Shown here: positions 18,122 to 28,926 of the stretch, in pieces
How the letters are laid out: each line of letters starts with the position of its first letter
Position numbering within the stretch: the first letter of the stretch is position 1
NCBI GenBank assembly: GCA_963695555.1
Contig: CAVOGR010000001.1
Location: 448,001-512,000 of the forward strand
Reading direction: 5' to 3'
From: an uncultured Gemmatimonadales bacterium
Lineage (GTDB): Bacteria; Gemmatimonadota; Gemmatimonadetes; Gemmatimonadales; GWC2-71-9
DNA: 64,000 nt
The notes under the pieces: generated by a model
Databases searched by the model: none
What the model was told of the DNA's origin: nothing
What the model saw: the letters and a program-made list of their open reading frames with translations, nothing else
Translations under genes and position numbers: made by a program

Positions 18122-18137
18122 TGGCGGGAATCTTGCA
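18122..18137 (+). promoter_or_regulatory. Putative internal sigma54 promoter for the second pilX
   Basis: TGGCGGGAATCTTGCA with correct GG/GC spacing and a TTGCA -12 element. Confidence 0.5.
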
Positions 18138-18155
18138 AAGCGGGGACAGCAGCCT

Positions 18156-19346
18156 ATGCACATCCTAGCCAACCGAATCGGCCAAGGACGACGCTCGGAT
18201 TCGCGGGAATCGGAGCGGGGCATGGCCTTGCCCATCGTGCTGCTTGCCTTGGTGGTGCTCTCGGTGATCGCTGTCACGTCGATGCAAACGGCCGGACGGG
18301 AGCGTGAGGCCGGTGGCGGATCGCTCCAGTCGACCAAGGCGTTCTACGCCACCGAGGCAGGCGCCCATCAAGTCATCGCCGAGTGGGACTCGGCCCGCTA
18401 CGATACCCTGACCCCGAGCCCCGGCGACAGCGCCGACTTGGGATGGCGAGTTTTGCCGGACAACGGCGCAGCCTACCGGGCGGTGTTTCACCGGGTCGAT
18501 GATGGCGGGGACAAGCTCTTCAATCTGACGGTCGAGGGCAGTGATGGGCCGCCGCAAGGCCAGCGAAAGATCGGTGCGCTCCTTCAACCGGGCTTTCTCC
18601 TGCCCAAAGCCGCGCTGACCACTCGGGGCACCATCAGTCTCGTTGAGGATACCACTGCGAGCATCGACGGCAACGACACCAATCCTCCAGGCTGGACCTG
18701 CGACTCGGCCGGTCCGGCCGTGCCGGCGGTGGAGGTGGCGGCCGGAACCTCGGTGACGCAGGGCGTAGGGGCCCTCATGGGAAATCCCACGATCCGGGTC
18801 GACTCCGCCATGGACGACACCCGGTTCTCTCAGTTCGGCTCCTACACCTACGCCGACCTGGTGGCCATGGCCGACAAGACCTACACTGACTCGATCGTGA
18901 CCATGTCAGTCGGTCCGGTGGTGGACGACGGGCAGTGCGTGACCTCGGCTTCGAATAACTGGGGCGCCCCGCTCAATCCCGGATCGCCCTGCGCGGACTA
19001 CTTTCCGATCATCCACTTCTCGAGCCCGAATGACGTCCAATTCAGGCTTGCGGGCAACTCCGCGGGACAAGGGATCCTACTGGTCGACAGTCGGCTCGAC
19101 CAGGATCAGACAACCGGTGGCCTGCAATTCTACGGCCTGATCATCACCCCGACCCGGTGCGATTGGGAGCACGGGGCCACGCTGTACGGCGCCATCCTCT
19201 GCTCCAACGCGTTGAACGGCAGTCAGCAGACTCACGACGGCTCGGCCATTCATTACTCGAGGTGCGCACTCGAGAAGGCGACCGCCCGGTTGGGTGGGAG
19301 CGGGGTCAAGGTGGTGCAGGGGTCCTGGAAGGAACTGTCTCGGTAA
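18156..19346 (+). CDS. PilX-like pilin with large C-terminal domain (copy 2)
   Basis: ERG|MALPIVLL; KAFYATEAG; Cys-containing C-terminal domain different from copy 1. Confidence 0.8.
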   Translation: MHILANRIGQGRRSDSRESERGMALPIVLLALVVLSVIAVTSMQTAGREREAGGGSLQSTKAFYATEAGAHQVIAEWDSARYDTLTPSPGDSADLGWRVLPDNGAAYRAVFHRVDDGGDKLFNLTVEGSDGPPQGQRKIGALLQPGFLLPKAALTTRGTISLVEDTTASIDGNDTNPPGWTCDSAGPAVPAVEVAAGTSVTQGVGALMGNPTIRVDSAMDDTRFSQFGSYTYADLVAMADKTYTDSIVTMSVGPVVDDGQCVTSASNNWGAPLNPGSPCADYFPIIHFSSPNDVQFRLAGNSAGQGILLVDSRLDQDQTTGGLQFYGLIITPTRCDWEHGATLYGAILCSNALNGSQQTHDGSAIHYSRCALEKATARLGGSGVKVVQGSWKELSR

Positions 19347-19799
19347 CTAGGGCGCCTCGGCCGGTGTAGGTGCTTCGCTGCTTTGGTCCCGGTCTTCGGG
19401 AGCTGTCACCCCGGCGGCCGCCCGAACGCCGCCCAGCAACTCCCGCATGCGAGCCTCGATCACCTCCATCTCCAACTCCGCAGTTCGTTGATCGCGGAAC
19501 CCGCGCTTTTCGTCCTCGGCAATCCCGTTCAGGCGCCGGATCTCGGCCAGGAGCTGGACCGTCTGGCTCCGGAGCTGGTGAAAACGGCGCCTCGGTCCCT
19601 CCGGGGTGGTCCAGCTGGTCCGTTCCGCCTTCGGCAGCTGCGTCGAAGTCCACACGATGATGGCGAGCAGCGCCACACCAAGACCAGAGCGGAGCAGCGG
19701 GCTCTCGCCTTGATAGATCAACACGGTGGTGACGATGAGGGCGACAACCAGAATGACGGTGAGAAGCACGGCGCGGAGGTTCGAACGTAGAGCTGGCAT
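19347..19799 (-). CDS. Hypothetical two-TM membrane protein
   Basis: Two hydrophobic helices followed by a coiled-coil. Confidence 0.6.
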   Translation of the reverse strand: MPALRSNLRAVLLTVILVVALIVTTVLIYQGESPLLRSGLGVALLAIIVWTSTQLPKAERTSWTTPEGPRRRFHQLRSQTVQLLAEIRRLNGIAEDEKRGFRDQRTAELEMEVIEARMRELLGGVRAAAGVTAPEDRDQSSEAPTPAEAP

Positions 19800-19934
19800 C
19801 GCGTATCCCCGTTGCGGTTCCAATCAGAGCCTGATCACGGCTGCACGAAGCTAGAAGTTTCCTGGCGAATCTGCCAGCCTCGAGATGGTGCGCGAGCTAC
19901 CGTTTTCAGTCCTTGGATTGTGGCGGTGGCACAG

Positions 19935-22719
19935 CTAGAACGCGATCTCGATGCCGAGCCGAACCAGCCTGGGCGGTCCGTAAACGAAGAGCGGCTGGGT
20001 GAAGTCCCGGGCGGCCGCCTCGAACAGCGGCAACAGCTCGTCCTGTCCCTCGATCAACCCATTGCCGTCGAGATCCGCCTGGGCCCGGTACCGCGGCGAT
20101 TCATATGGGATCGCCTCCGGGTGCTCCTGGTACGCCGCCTCGGCCAGGTCCTTGATGCCCTGCTCGTCCAACTCGGGCTCTCCCGTGTCGCGCCGGACGG
20201 CAACCAAGTTTTGCCGGTTGAAGACGTTCCGCATGTCGAGGTAGATGCTCCCCTGCGTTCCCCCCAAACGGATCGACCGGCGGACCAGGAGGTCGATGGT
20301 TGACTGCGATGGGAGCCGCGAGTCGTTTGGCACGCCGACCAAGGAATCGCCGGCCGCGTTGGTCCGGGAGAAGGGAAGCCCCGAACCATAGCGCACGATC
20401 ACTGCGGACTCGAGGCCTGCGAGGGGGCGGATGCCGGCCACCACCGGGCCTACGGTCTCAGGGATCTTCCCCTGCAGGATGATGGTGAGTCCGTGGCGCC
20501 GGTCGAAGTCGAGCGGAAACTCGACCCGGGCCGGAAAGACGGTGTCGCCGCTCGTGGGATCGATGACGGCGGCCTGACGCAGTAGGAAGGCGGACGTCGA
20601 CGTGGCCGTGGCCTGTTGCAGGGTGTAGGTGACCCGTGCGCCGAACCCGTCGAAGGGCTCGCGCTCGAAGATGATCTCGCCGCCCTTCACCGTGCCGACG
20701 TCGGTGTTGCCAAACACCGACGAGTCGGCGCTCACCCCCAAGGGAACCGATGCTACCAAGCCCTCCAACCGCTTGACGAAGGCGTTGAGCCGGAGCGAGA
20801 AATGTTCCCGCGGTCGCGCGCGCAGACTCAGCTCGAATTGGGTCGCCTTCTCGAAGCCGAGGTTGGGGTTGCCGCGGCGGAAGCGACCGGTGCGTGTGGT
20901 GTCATCGAAGGCCGCGTCCACCAGAAACTGGAAGTCGGGCGGCTGGCTGAAGAGACCGTAGCTCGCCACCACTGTGGCGCCGGCTAGGACGGTCGAGACG
21001 GCGGCGCGAGGACTCAGCCGCTGGCGAGCGCCGACATTTTGGCCCGGGAGTTTGGCGCCTGGTGCATCGAACAGGTCGTACCGCAGGCCGCCGGTAAACG
21101 CGACATCGGCCACGCGGACCTGACCCTCCGCGTAGGCGGCGCCGATCAGCGGTGAGAGCTTCGACGCCGTAGCGGGCGGCACCGCGCCGCCCACCGGCTC
21201 GTAGCCCTGCACCCGCTGGAAGGTCTGGACCCGCTGGGTCACCAGCTCGCCACCGGCCAGAATGTCGGTAGTCGCTCCAACGCCCAGGGTCAGGTCAAGT
21301 TGTGAGCGGAACTCGCGGAACCGATTCCAGGCGATCTCGCCGCGGGAGCCCTGACCCAGGAAGAAGGCCGACACGCCCCACGGGGTGCGGTCGCTCAAGT
21401 CGGGGGGGAGGAGCCCCGGGATCGGTGACACGGCGCGGACGGTGTCCTGGGCCCTGGCGATGTCCTCGCCCACAAAGTGGAACCGTTGGCCGGTGATGGC
21501 TCCGAACCGATAGTCGACCGAGTCCTGAAGGGTGCCACGTACGAATGTCCGGTTGTAGAAGCTCGCCCGAAGATCGACCACAAACGGCAGCTTGGCGCTC
21601 GCGCCCGAGGCATGCTGGAAGTGGCCGGTCAGGAGATTCCCGACGGTCCGTCGGCCCGGTGACAACTCGACATCGTACTTGTACAACGGATCGTAAAGCA
21701 GACGTTGGTCTTCGGAGTGAAGCCCGAAGAAGCGGAGCGTGTTTTGGCCACCCGCCGGAATGGTCACTTTCGCGACGGCATCGATCTGCTCGCCGCTATT
21801 GTGCGGCAGCATCCACGGCCGATCGAACCGTGGGTCGCGCGGATCGGCCGGCCGCGGCGCGTTCACCGGGTCGGCATCGAGCCGGCCTGAGATGTCGATC
21901 GCGCCCAGCACGCGGACCCCGCCGCCGAGCGGGCCGTCCGCCGTTACCACGGCGCGGTCGAGCCCCAAGTCCCACGATTGCCAGAGTGGCCGGTCGGTCT
22001 CGTAGAGCACGCGGCCGCTCCACCGCTCGCCGCCGTCTCGCGTCACCACGTTGATCATGCCGGAAAGCGCCTGGCCGTACCGGGCCGAGAAGCCGTTGGT
22101 GACGAGCGATGCCTCGGTGAGGATGTCGGGCGGAATGCGGACGCCGAGCGGACCGCTCGATGCATCGAGTTGGTTCTTGACCCCGACGCCGTCCACGATG
22201 TACGACTGCTGGCCGAGCCGCCCGCCGCGGTAGCTCTCGCCGACGGTGCCGGCGGAGAGCGCGATGCCTTCCTCCAGCGTGGTGACCGGGAGTTCCCTCA
22301 GGTTGGCCGCGGTCACCTTCTGCTCGGCCGACGTAGCCAGCGGGTCGAGCACGGGATCGGGCCGGGCCTGGACCACCAGCTCTTCAACCTCGATGGCCAT
22401 CGCCGTGAGCATCAGGTCGAGTGCGTGGTCTCCCCCCGCGGACCAGCACGCTGTCGAGCCGAACCGGCCGGTACCCGATGGCCCGGACGCGGACGGTGTG
22501 GATGCCGCTCCGGATCACGCGGACGCGGAACCGGCCGTCGGCGCTCGTGACGGCCCCACGCCCGCCCTCGTCGATGGTGATTTGCGCGTTCGCGATCGGT
22601 TGGGTGGTGCCGGCATCGCGCACCCGCCCGCCGATGGCACCGCTGGCCTGCGCTGCCATAGGCGTGGTCCCCAGGAAGACCGCGAGCCCGAGCAGCAGAC
22701 CGATGCGCGGCCCGATCAC
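19935..22719 (-). CDS. TonB-dependent receptor with N-terminal carboxypeptidase-regulatory-like domain (frameshift near 22420-22437)
   Basis: Signal peptide and GAIGGRVRDA..PIANAQI in ORF 22384-22719; plug motif TNGFSARYGQALSGMINVVT, GNPNL and terminal LGIEIAF in ORF 19935-22412. The break lies at a G homopolymer. Confidence 0.88.
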
Positions 22720-23822
22720 GGGAGCGTGAACAAGTAGAGGTCCGCTCTTCGATCGACGCTGCCCGGAAGAACCTGATACCGCTCAACCACGAGTTTCAGG
22801 CCGTCGGGTGACAACGCGGGACGCCGGTACACCACCGTGGGGCTCGGGTCGAGCACGGTCTCGGTACTGGTTGCGAGATCGACCATCGTGAGCACGCCGC
22901 CCTCGTCCGGCTGGACCGGGCCGAGGACGGGATCGTCGATGAACTCGACGCGGCCGCCGACGATGGCAACCAGCGTGGTCCCCTTCACCGAGACGTCGCG
23001 CACGATGGTGCCGGTGCCGAAGTCGTGAATCACCGTCGTCGCGCCGCTGCCGAGGTCCCTTCGGTACACCTGCGAGTCACCCGACACGGTGTAGTAGATG
23101 GTGTTGGGATTCTCTCCTGGAGTAACCGATGACGCCAGGCCGGTGTTGGGTTCGGCCGAGAATTGCGGGCTCGATCCGCCGAGCTCGACCACCACGATAT
23201 CGCGTCCGGTGGGCAGCGTGTCCGGCGCCGTGCCGATCGTTCCGACCGGCAAGCGGATATAGAAAATGTCCTGGCCGACATACACCAGCCGGGAGTCGTC
23301 GAGCCATGCGAGGTGGGAGATGGCCCCGTGGAATTGCCCGGTCGGCAGCGTGTAAGGAGTGGTTGTGAGCACCGCCGTCGCGAGTGCGTCGGACAGCGGC
23401 GCCAGCAGGAGTGAGGAGCTGAACTGTGGGGTGTGAACACTCGCGCGGGCGCGGAATACTACATAGGCCAGTTGTCCGCCGGTCGAGACGGCGGACGGAC
23501 CGAAGGCATCGATGGTGTCGGAGGTCTCCGGCTGCGGGTCGCAGATTTCCAGCCGGCGCGTTCCGCCATCCGGTGGCAGGATGCCCAGACAGCGATCGCG
23601 GTCGGAGCGGCCGGGAACTTGATAGGAGTAGAGAATGCCCGACCCGTCCGGCAGCCAGGAGGCGTCGAGATCGATGAGCGGGTTCAGGGTGAGGCGGGTA
23701 GGTTGGCCCGGCAGGAGCGGTTGGTTGGCACTCGGCACGTCCGGCGTAAACGCCTCGCCGTGCGTACAGGCGAGCGCCAGGAGGCTCATCCACCTTACGG
23801 ACCTGCCGATCCGGTGGCGCAT
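22716..23822 (-). CDS. TolB-like beta-propeller lipoprotein
   Basis: Lipobox ALAC; SWLPDGSGILYS and PALSPDGLKLVV; overlaps the start of the receptor gene. Confidence 0.7.
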   Translation of the reverse strand: MRHRIGRSVRWMSLLALACTHGEAFTPDVPSANQPLLPGQPTRLTLNPLIDLDASWLPDGSGILYSYQVPGRSDRDRCLGILPPDGGTRRLEICDPQPETSDTIDAFGPSAVSTGGQLAYVVFRARASVHTPQFSSSLLLAPLSDALATAVLTTTPYTLPTGQFHGAISHLAWLDDSRLVYVGQDIFYIRLPVGTIGTAPDTLPTGRDIVVVELGGSSPQFSAEPNTGLASSVTPGENPNTIYYTVSGDSQVYRRDLGSGATTVIHDFGTGTIVRDVSVKGTTLVAIVGGRVEFIDDPVLGPVQPDEGGVLTMVDLATSTETVLDPSPTVVYRRPALSPDGLKLVVERYQVLPGSVDRRADLYLFTLP

Positions 23823-23919
23823 GCTGAGGCGCTTTCTGGAAAAGAGTCCGGACGCTGCTGAGACCATGGACGTCCTGGCGCGCCGTTCGTGCACAGCCCG
23901 GCCGACGGGACGCATGACG

Positions 23920-25326
23920 CTAGCGCCCCGCTCGCGGGAACACGACCACGCTTTCGCTCCCATCCTCACTGACGGAGGCAACCCCAAAGAAGTAGTTGTC
24001 GATGACCAGGCCCTCGAACGTGTGCTCGGTGGCCAGGCCCACCCAAGCGCTCCGGTCCCACGTAGGCGAATCGGTCGCCCGCCAGTAGACCCGGAAACCC
24101 GCGAGGGCGGAAGTTTCCTCCGGCGGCTCCCACTCGAGGCGCGCGGCCGGTTGAACCGCCCCGCTAATGGTGACGTTCCGCGGCGGAGCCGGAGCCCCGG
24201 CCAGCGAGGCCAGGGTGGCTGCGTTCAGGGCGGTGAGTTTGGCCGCGTAGGCAACATCGACCCCCTCGATCACGTCGCCGTAGGCGATGCCGTCCTCCAC
24301 CCGGATGTCCTGGTGCTGCCGGGTGTAATTCTCGTTGGTCTCCATGACCCGGACCGCCGGAAAGCCGACGTCGGCAAAGGGGCGGTGGTGTCCGCCCCGG
24401 CCGAAACGGTCCAGCCGGTAGATCATCATGACGTCGAGCGTCGGAAAGTAGCGGTCCGCTATCCGGTCGACGTAGCGTGCCAGCTGGCGTGAGACCCCGT
24501 CGACTTCGCCCCCGGTAAAGCGCCGCCGCTGCCGCTCCGCGTCGGTCTCGGTGGGTGGCGTGCCGTCCGAGAAGACCCGTGCCGTGGTGTTGTCGACGTT
24601 TCCGTTCACGCCCTCGATGTTACCGATCATGTCGTTGTTCAAGACTCCGATGACATCCCACCCGCGCTCCTGTGCGTAGCGGGCTACCGTGCCGCCGCCA
24701 TAGAGTCCTTGCTCCTCACCCGAGAGCGCCGCATAGACGATCGAGCCCTGAAACCGCATCCGGCTCAGGACCCGAGCGGCCTCCAGCGTACCCGCGAGGC
24801 CGCTCGCATTGTCGTTCGCCCCGGGTGCGGAATCGGTCGCGTTCATCCCATCACTAATTCTGCTGTCGACGTCACCGCTCATGATGACCACGCGGTTGGG
24901 ATCGGTGGTGCCGCGCTGAACGGCCACGACGTTGACGATGTTGGTCTCCGCGTCGGGGCGGAGCCGCCTGCTTCCGGCGGGAAAGACCTCACCCACAAAC
25001 GAGACCTCCAGACATCCGCCGCATGCAGCGCTGATGACCTCGAATTCCCGTTTGACCCAGCGCCGCGCCGCGCCGATGCCCCGGGTATCGGACAGCGTGT
25101 CGGACAGGGTGTGACGCGTGCCGAAGCCCACCAGGGTCCGGATGTCCGCTTCGATTCGCTCCGTGGAGACGCTCCGGATGATCTGATCGATGCGCACATC
25201 GACTGCGGATGTGGTCTGTGCCATACTGGTGCCCGGAAACATTGAGACGAGGACACCGAGGGAAAGAAGGCAACGCATGGCCGGCCACCGTAGCGAGTGG
25301 GGTGATTCTGCCTTCGGTATTACCAT
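23920..25326 (-). CDS. M28 family metallopeptidase
   Basis: FGTRHTLSDT, APGANDNASG, SGEEQGLYG, LNNDMIG and GRGGHHRPF motifs; Fn3-like C-terminus. The exact start is uncertain. Confidence 0.9.
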   Translation of the reverse strand: MVIPKAESPHSLRWPAMRCLLSLGVLVSMFPGTSMAQTTSAVDVRIDQIIRSVSTERIEADIRTLVGFGTRHTLSDTLSDTRGIGAARRWVKREFEVISAACGGCLEVSFVGEVFPAGSRRLRPDAETNIVNVVAVQRGTTDPNRVVIMSGDVDSRISDGMNATDSAPGANDNASGLAGTLEAARVLSRMRFQGSIVYAALSGEEQGLYGGGTVARYAQERGWDVIGVLNNDMIGNIEGVNGNVDNTTARVFSDGTPPTETDAERQRRRFTGGEVDGVSRQLARYVDRIADRYFPTLDVMMIYRLDRFGRGGHHRPFADVGFPAVRVMETNENYTRQHQDIRVEDGIAYGDVIEGVDVAYAAKLTALNAATLASLAGAPAPPRNVTISGAVQPAARLEWEPPEETSALAGFRVYWRATDSPTWDRSAWVGLATEHTFEGLVIDNYFFGVASVSEDGSESVVVFPRAGR

Positions 25327-25367
25327 GACCGGGACCGGCCGGCAAGGTGCCCGATGAGAGCGCCTGA

Positions 25368-25823
25368 CTACATGCCGAGGGTACGGGCCACCGCCGCCAA
25401 GCCCTCCCTGCCCAGCAGCTGGCGGGCCATGGGGAAGAGGACGTGGTCCTCGCGGTCGATGTGGGCGCGGAGCAGATCGACCAGCGCGTGGGCGATGACG
25501 GGGGCCTCAACGACCGGATGCTCGCCGTCCAAAGCCGTACTGAGCTTGTGCTCGAGGTCGCGGAGCTGTACGTGCTCGTCCGCGAACATGCCGGTCGGCG
25601 CATCATCTCCCAGCAGTGGGAACAGGGCCCGCTCTTCGTTGTCGTTGTGCTCGCGTACCGCGGTCGAGAGGAAGGTGTGCACTTGGCGCATCGTCTCGAG
25701 GTGCTCGGCGGGATCTTCCCCGTCCTCGAGCCCCTCGGCGGCCCGCTCGAGCCGCTCGAGCTCGCCGAGGGCGTGATGATGCTCGTCCTCGAACCGGCTG
25801 AGTGGATCTGATGTTGGCATCAT
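25368..25823 (-). CDS. Hemerythrin/HHE cation-binding domain protein
   Basis: EHHH, HNDNEERALFP, DEH and HIDREDHVLFP motifs. Confidence 0.85.
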   Translation of the reverse strand: MMPTSDPLSRFEDEHHHALGELERLERAAEGLEDGEDPAEHLETMRQVHTFLSTAVREHNDNEERALFPLLGDDAPTGMFADEHVQLRDLEHKLSTALDGEHPVVEAPVIAHALVDLLRAHIDREDHVLFPMARQLLGREGLAAVARTLGM

Positions 25824-25852
25824 GGCGCGTCCCAGTTTGATGTCACCAGCTT

Positions 25853-25924
25853 CTACGCCCTACTCCCCGCTCCCTACCCCCTACACCTCCTACCTCCTAC
25901 CTCCTACCTCCTACTCCCTCCCTA
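25853..25924. repeat. Degenerate heptamer tandem repeat (CTACCTC)n
   Basis: ctacgcc ctactcc ccgctcc ctacccc ctacacctc ctacctc ctacctc ctacctc ctactcc fills most of the had-hemerythrin spacer. Confidence 0.85.
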
Positions 25925-26944
25925 TGGTGTCACCACCCACCGCACGCCCTTCCCCTGGCGCATGCGGTCGAAGCCCTCGTTGATATCCTCGAGGGGCAGG
26001 GTGCCGCTCACGATGGGGTCGAGGGTCAATCGGCCCGTCTCGACCAGCTTCATGATTTCAGGGTACTCCCCGCCGCCGCACCCGAGGCTGCCGACCACTT
26101 CCAACTCGTAGAACATGAGCTTTCCGGCGTTGAGGGGCACCTGCTCGTGGGCAAACCCGATGACACAGAGCCGGCCGCCCTTGCGGAGCAGGTTGAAGCC
26201 CAATGTGATCGTGGCAGGCTGGCCGATGGCCTCGAACGCGATGTCGACACCGCCGTCGGTCAGGGTGCGCACATGCTTGTCGACGCGCTCGACCTCATTC
26301 GAGTTGATAGTCTCGACCGCCCCCAGGCTGCGTGCCGTTTTCAGGTGTTCGTCGTTGATGTCGATGGCGATCACTCGCGCGCCCGCCACAGTGGCGCACT
26401 GGACCACGTTGAGCCCGAGGCCGCCACAGCCCACCACGGCCACGGTGTCCCCGACCCGAACCCGGGCCCGGTTCTTGACGGCGTGGTACGGGGTTGAGAG
26501 CGCGTCCGCGATGACGCAGGCACGTTCCAGGGGCAAAGAGGCTGGGACGGGCACCAGCACGGCCGCGGGCACGGTGACGAAGTCGGCGTAGGCTCCGTCG
26601 ACATGGTTGCCCAGCATGATCAAACGCTCGCACAAGTTTTCCCGGCCATTGCGGCAGTACTCGCACTGGCGGCAGGAATAGACCGACGGGATCAGCACCC
26701 GATCGCCGACCGCATGGGTCTCCACCCCCGCTCCGAGCTCCGCGATGACGCCGGCGGCTTCGTGGCCCAGCACGATCGGCGGCGGTTTGAAGGTCTTGAC
26801 CCCATGCTCGAGATAGTGGAGATCGGTGTGACAGAGGCCGCAGCCATGCACCTTGATGAGCACCTCGCCGGTGGTGGGCTTCGGCGTCGGCACCTCGGTC
26901 AGGTCGAGCGGCCGGTTCGGCCCGTGGTACACCGCGGCTTTCAT
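25922..26944 (-). CDS. had: Zn-dependent dehydrogenase, probable 6-hydroxycyclohex-1-ene-1-carbonyl-CoA dehydrogenase
   Basis: GLCHTDLH, LGHEAAG, CRQCEYC...C and VVGCGGLG motifs; lies in the bcr cluster. Confidence 0.8.
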   Translation of the reverse strand: MKAAVYHGPNRPLDLTEVPTPKPTTGEVLIKVHGCGLCHTDLHYLEHGVKTFKPPPIVLGHEAAGVIAELGAGVETHAVGDRVLIPSVYSCRQCEYCRNGRENLCERLIMLGNHVDGAYADFVTVPAAVLVPVPASLPLERACVIADALSTPYHAVKNRARVRVGDTVAVVGCGGLGLNVVQCATVAGARVIAIDINDEHLKTARSLGAVETINSNEVERVDKHVRTLTDGGVDIAFEAIGQPATITLGFNLLRKGGRLCVIGFAHEQVPLNAGKLMFYELEVVGSLGCGGGEYPEIMKLVETGRLTLDPIVSGTLPLEDINEGFDRMRQGKGVRWVVTP

Positions 26945-27255
26945 GGTTCCTCCCCCGGTTGCTTCGTCCGGGTATAGATCGTCGTGAAGTTGAGCAGCAT
27001 GACAAGCTGGCAATCGTCACAGTCGGGTCCGACTTCTTCCTTCCTGAGCGGCTTGGCGCACACCTCGTAGCCCAGGCTTCGATAGAGCTCCATGGCCTCG
27101 TCCGCGCGTTGCTTGTCTGCGATGAACCGGCGCTCCCATCCGGCCGCGACGAGCTCCGGGTCGGCCGTCAAGGCGGAGTCGGCGAGGAGCCGCCGGGCCT
27201 CCGCTTCGACCACGAATCCCAGGCGATCGGCGAGGTCTGAGTCGTTGTCAGACAT
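26941..27255 (-). CDS. Small conserved-looking protein with CxxC inside the bcr operon
   Basis: GWERRF...[10 protein letters not shown]...DCDDC...TIYTR; overlaps both neighbouring genes. Confidence 0.75.
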   Translation of the reverse strand: MSDNDSDLADRLGFVVEAEARRLLADSALTADPELVAAGWERRFIADKQRADEAMELYRSLGYEVCAKPLRKEEVGPDCDDCQLVMLLNFTTIYTRTKQPGEEP

Positions 27256-28087
27256 CGCGCGCCAAGCGCCCCACTTCGGGGGCGGAGGCCGTCTCCATCA
27301 ATTTCTCGACCCGCCGCTGCCCGAGGATCGCGGCGCCGAGAGCGGCGGTGAATTGGACCAAGTCGTTGCCCGGCACGTTGACCTCGGAGCCCAGCTGCTC
27401 GCGCACCACAGTCGACCATCCTCTCGAAGCGGAGGATGCCGCCGATCAGCGTGAACTCGGGCTCCATCCGAACCCGCTTCATCAACTGGACCGAGCGCCC
27501 GACCAGCGACACGATGGCGCCGTGCATGATGTCGGCCGGTGGCATGCCCTCGGACAGGTGGTTGATGACCTCCGACTCGGCGAACACGGCGCAGACGCCG
27601 GAGATCGGGACCGGCGTCTTCGAGGTGCTGACCAGCGGCCCGATCTCCTTCGTGCTGAACCCCATGTAGCGCGCAGTCTTCTCGAGGAACGCTCCGGTGC
27701 CCGCGGCGCACTTGTCGTTCAAGCGGAACGATTTGACCTTGCAGTCGTCGCTCGAGTCGGCTGGCCTTCATCGTCTGGCCGCCGACGTCGAGCATGGTGC
27801 GGGTGCCGGGGAAGAGGAAGGTCGCGCCGCGGGCCGCGGCCGTGAGGTCGGTGACCTGGACGTCGGCCGAAGTCCACTTGGTGGCGGCCGAATCCCGTCG
27901 ACACGATGTAGGCGATGCGGTCCAGCGGGACGCCGGCCTCGGCCGCGGCGTCGTGGAGTACCCGCTTCGCAACCTCCGCCAGCTTGAAACCGGTGGGCTC
28001 GATCGCCTGGCCCACGATGTGGCCAAGGGGCCCCAGGATCACGGCCTTGGTGTAGGTCGACCCGACGTCGATGCCGGCGGTATTCAT
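27248..28087 (-). CDS. bcrD: Benzoyl-CoA reductase ATP-binding (activase) subunit, D-like; frameshifted
   Basis: [37 protein letters not shown] and [10 protein letters not shown] are spread over several frames. Confidence 0.75.
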
Positions 28088-28913
28088 TAGTCCGCTCCGT
28101 GGGTCAGGTTGGCAGGGGCGCGGCTGGCCAGGATCCGGTCGAGCGCGAAGAGGGCGGCGCCGATCGCGCCCATGAAGTGCGACTCCTCGCTGACGTTGAC
28201 CTTGAGGCCCAGGCGTTCGTTCGAGCGCCTCGATCATCGCCACGTTCCTAGCGACGCCGCCGGTGAAGGTGACTTCGTCCTCGATGCCCACCCGGCGCAA
28301 CAGCCCGACCGACCGCGACGCGATCGACTGATGCACGCCCGAGCAGGATGTCCTCGATCTTCTTGCCCTTGCCGAGCCAGGAGAGCACCTCCGACTCGGC
28401 GAACACCGTGCAGGTGGTGCTGATCTTGACGGGCCGCTCGCCTCGGAGCGCGGTTGGTCCCAAGTTGCTCGAGCGGGATGTCGAGGGCGCTCGAGGCCGC
28501 GCCGAGGAACCGCCCGGTGCCGGCCGCGCACTTGTCGTTCATGCAGAAGTCGACGATCTCGCCCGTGGGCGGCCACGCGGATCGCCTTGGTGTCCTGGCC
28601 GCCCATGTCGACCACGGTGCGGGTGTTCGGGAAACATGTGCACCGCGCCGCGCCCGTGGCAGCTGATCTCGGTCACCTGGGTGTTGCCGAAGGTGACCTT
28701 GTAGCGGCCGTAGCCGGTGCCGACGACGTACTCGACTTCCTCTTCGCGGAGTCTGCCGTCGGCGAGCGCCTCGCTCGAACGCGCACTGCGGCGGCGCGCA
28801 CCACGTTGGCGCCGGTATCGATGAGCGCGCGGCCGACGATCGCGCTTCGCCTCGTCGATGATGACCGCCTTGGTCTGGGTGGATCCGACGTCGACTCCTG
28901 CTGCGTAGGCCAT
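28087..28913 (-). CDS. bcrA: Benzoyl-CoA reductase ATP-binding (activase) subunit, A-like; frameshifted
   Basis: [52 protein letters not shown] and CTVFAESE are spread over several frames. Confidence 0.75.
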
Positions 28914-28926
28914 GGTCTCCTCGGCT

